NCBI GenBank assembly: GCA_965657355.1
Contig: CBFHOE010000002.1
Coordinates: 487,682 to 504,723, forward strand
Reading direction: 5' to 3'
DNA length: 17,042 bases
Origin: Limisphaerales bacterium
Lineage (GTDB): Bacteria; Verrucomicrobiota; Verrucomicrobiia; Limisphaerales; JAJOIW01
Shown here piece after piece: positions 14,693 through 17,042 of the stretch. The translations under genes and the position numbers were made by a program. The notes under the pieces are model-generated. The model saw only the letters and a program-made list of their open reading frames with translations, was not told where the DNA came from and did not search any database. Positions within the stretch are counted from its first letter, which is position 1. Each line of letters starts with the position of its first letter.

Positions 14693-17042
14693 ATGAACTT
14701 ACGCCTATTTAATTTTATAATGCTTGTCGCTATATGCGCCCAGCAAGCAATTAACGCCACTCCTGCTAAGCCAACAAGCCAAGAGCGATTCTCGAATATA
14801 GAGGAAATTGAGGGAGTTAGCTTCAGGCGGCACGTCATCCCCCTTGCCAGTCGGTTAGGCTGTAGCTCGAGGGAGTGTCATGGTTCATTCAAAGGCCAGG
14901 GTGATTTTAGATTATCTTTGTTTGGCTACGATTTTAAACGAGATCACGAAGCCATGGCAGGCGGTGAGGAGCCTAGAATCAATACGGGCGCACCAAGAAA
15001 AAGTCTCCTCCTCCAAAAACCCACAATGGAAGTCAAACACAAGGGGAAAAAGAGGCTAGATCTAGACTCATGGGAATACAATGTCTTCTTAGAATGGATC
15101 AATTCCGGAGGTAAAAACGATGAAAAGGAAACCGGCGAATTTGAAAAACTTGTGGTGCATCCCAGCTCTGTAGAGTTCAGGGAGTCCGGCGAGGAAATAA
15201 ATCTCAAAGTATTTGCTCACTGGGTAGATGGAACAGTTGAAGATGTCACAGGTTTTACGCGATTCCAATCCAACGACGAGTCGGTCGCAACGGTAGACAA
15301 AAAAGGCAAAATTATTTCTACGGGCCCCGGGGACACTCATGTTATTGCCTTTTACGACAATGGCGTCACTCCTGTAGAGGTCATACGTCCTTGGAATCAA
15401 AATATAGCCAGCAACTTCCCCGAATTTCCCGTCAATACAGAGGTCGACCGATTAATTTTATTGAAGCTACAAAAACTTGGGATCAAGCCTTCAGAAGTCT
15501 GCTCTGATGAAGATTTTCTGAGAAGGATAATGGTTGATCTCACAGGCAGTATTCCAACTGCTGAAGAGGCGCTCCTTTTCATACAAAATCCATCACCCAA
15601 CAAAAGAGTGGCTAAAATCGAAGAGCTTCTGCACTCCAAAGAATATGCGGCCTGGTGGACAACGAAATTGTGCGATTTTACTGGAAATAATCAATTTCAA
15701 ATGCCTGATAGAAATTTCAGAGACGAATTTTCTGAGCAATGGTGGGAGTGGATTCATAAAAGAATAAGAGAAAACACCCCCTACAATGAACTCATAGCTG
15801 GCGTCGTTCTCGGTAAATCAAGAGAAAGTAGCGACCAGACATTTAAAGAGTATGCCACAGAAATGAGTTCTTACATCAAAGACTCAAACCCTGAGGAGTT
15901 TGCTGATAGGGAAACAATGCCTCACTTTTGGTCTCGCAGGAATATCCGGAGTGCCGAGGAAAAAGCCTTGAGCTTTAGTCACTCATTTCTTGGTGTCAGA
16001 ATCGAATGCGCCCAGTGTCATAAGCACCCATTTGATCAATGGACAAAACAAGACTTTGACCATTTCAAGGCATTCTTTGAGCCAATAAGATACGGGAGAA
16101 ATCCTTCAAAAGAAAAATCCAAAGATGCGATGACCTATTCCTCTGTCACCAAAGAGATTGAATTGGCTTCAGGGTACGACAAAACTAAAAGAACAAATCG
16201 CAAACAGCTTGATCAAGAGATTAAAAAAAGGGTTTCGCTTGGCCAACCAGTTGGTTGGCTTGAAGTTTTTGTAGATCCTCGATACGGAAGCGCTTTACAG
16301 AAGCGAAATAAAAACCAGAAAAGAAAGCAGATCTCAAAAAGGGTTCTCACTCCGAAAATATTAGGGGGTGAAGAGGTCATGGTAAAATCCTACTCGGACC
16401 CCAGGCAACCATTAATGGATTGGATGGAGGACCCGGAAAATCCATATTTTGCCAGATCTTTTGTAAATCGTCTCTGGGCTCATTACTTTGGACGAGGGTT
16501 GGTTGAACCAGCTGATGATCTAAATCTCGCGAACCCGCCAAGCAACGAAGGCTTGATGAGACATTTGGAAAAAGGATTTATTCTCAGTGGATTCGATATG
16601 AAATGGCTCCATCGTGAAATACTAATGAGCGATGCCTACCAAAGAAGCTGGGAACCCAATGACTCTAATCGATTAGACGACAAAAACTACAGCCATAGAA
16701 ATATCAAAAGGCTTCCAGCTGAAGTTGTTTATGATGGAATCCAGCAAGCAACGGCTCCTTCTTCAATTCACCAGGAAGTTGCAAAACGGACAATAGGCCC
16801 TGCCTCAGGAATTTTGAATCGAAATACAAGAGCCGGTGCCGGGTATTCTCTCCAAGTTTTTGGAAAGCCTAAAAGAGAAATCAATTGTGACTGCGAACGT
16901 AATAATGATCCTACACTGCTGCAAACCATCTACACCAGAAATGACCCCGATATGCTGAAAGCTATCGAAAGTGGTTCCAAAAAATCATTGCGATGGATCG
17001 ATGAATTACGAGCAATGTATTCACCGAAAAGAAAAGCAGACG
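14693..17042 (+). CDS. Secreted DUF1549/DUF1553 (PSCyt2/PSD1) protein with an Ig-like domain and heme-c-like motifs; 3' end lies outside the window; absent from the ORF track
   Basis: Translated by hand from ATG 14693: signal peptide 'MNLRLFNFIMLVAICAQQAINA'; 'VSFRRHVIPLASRLGCSSRECHGSFKGQGDFRLSLFGYD'; Ig-like 'WVDGTVEDVTGFTRFQSNDESVATVD'; 'EEFLRRIMVDLTGSIP'; 'FLGVRIECAQCHKHPFDQW'; 'NPYFARSFVNRLWAHYFGRGLVEP'; 'FGKPKREINCDCER'. No stop before the window end (at least 783 codons). Confidence 0.92.
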   Translation, partial: MNLRLFNFIMLVAICAQQAINATPAKPTSQERFSNIEEIEGVSFRRHVIPLASRLGCSSRECHGSFKGQGDFRLSLFGYDFKRDHEAMAGGEEPRINTGAPRKSLLLQKPTMEVKHKGKKRLDLDSWEYNVFLEWINSGGKNDEKETGEFEKLVVHPSSVEFRESGEEINLKVFAHWVDGTVEDVTGFTRFQSNDESVATVDKKGKIISTGPGDTHVIAFYDNGVTPVEVIRPWNQNIASNFPEFPVNTEVDRLILLKLQKLGIKPSEVCSDEDFLRRIMVDLTGSIPTAEEALLFIQNPSPNKRVAKIEELLHSKEYAAWWTTKLCDFTGNNQFQMPDRNFRDEFSEQWWEWIHKRIRENTPYNELIAGVVLGKSRESSDQTFKEYATEMSSYIKDSNPEEFADRETMPHFWSRRNIRSAEEKALSFSHSFLGVRIECAQCHKHPFDQWTKQDFDHFKAFFEPIRYGRNPSKEKSKDAMTYSSVTKEIELASGYDKTKRTNRKQLDQEIKKRVSLGQPVGWLEVFVDPRYGSALQKRNKNQKRKQISKRVLTPKILGGEEVMVKSYSDPRQPLMDWMEDPENPYFARSFVNRLWAHYFGRGLVEPADDLNLANPPSNEGLMRHLEKGFILSGFDMKWLHREILMSDAYQRSWEPNDSNRLDDKNYSHRNIKRLPAEVVYDGIQQATAPSSIHQEVAKRTIGPASGILNRNTRAGAGYSLQVFGKPKREINCDCERNNDPTLLQTIYTRNDPDMLKAIESGSKKSLRWIDELRAMYSPKRKAD

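Noticed and set aside
1..17042. CRISPR arrays, tRNA/rRNA, IS elements, integrases, or a Pycsar/CBASS-type defence operon around the cyclase
   Set aside because: I saw no spaced repeats, RNA-gene signatures or transposase/integrase motifs. The cyclase is REC-fused and paired with a kinase, with no adjacent cNMP-binding TM or TIR effector.

Overview
Gene-dense, AT-leaning bacterial region. The gene mix (DUF1549/DUF1553 protein, TPR/FG-GAP/ASPIC protein, secreted sulfatase, solitary trpE) suggests a PVC-superphylum organism, most likely Verrucomicrobia (inference). Left to right: a 5'-truncated TPR + FG-GAP + ASPIC/UnbV protein; a Cache-HAMP hybrid histidine kinase split by an apparent 1-nt frameshift; a receiver-class III nucleotidyl cyclase; an S1 sulfatase; a YfcE-type phosphoesterase; a GGDEF diguanylate cyclase; a minus-strand run of arsS-like radical SAM, membrane protein, trpE and a CPXCG-type mini-protein; and a 3'-truncated DUF1549/DUF1553 protein missing from the ORF track. 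I saw no tRNA, rRNA, CRISPR array or mobile element. The best leads are (1) a cyclase with intact catalytic residues but both base-specifying residues changed (K->Q, T->A) inside a second-messenger gene cluster, (2) the kinase frameshift, (3) a perfect FNR-type box at class II spacing before the heme-motif DUF1549/DUF1553 gene, and (4) structured regulatory regions upstream of the GGDEF and arsS genes. Family assignments come from motif recognition by eye, not database searches.
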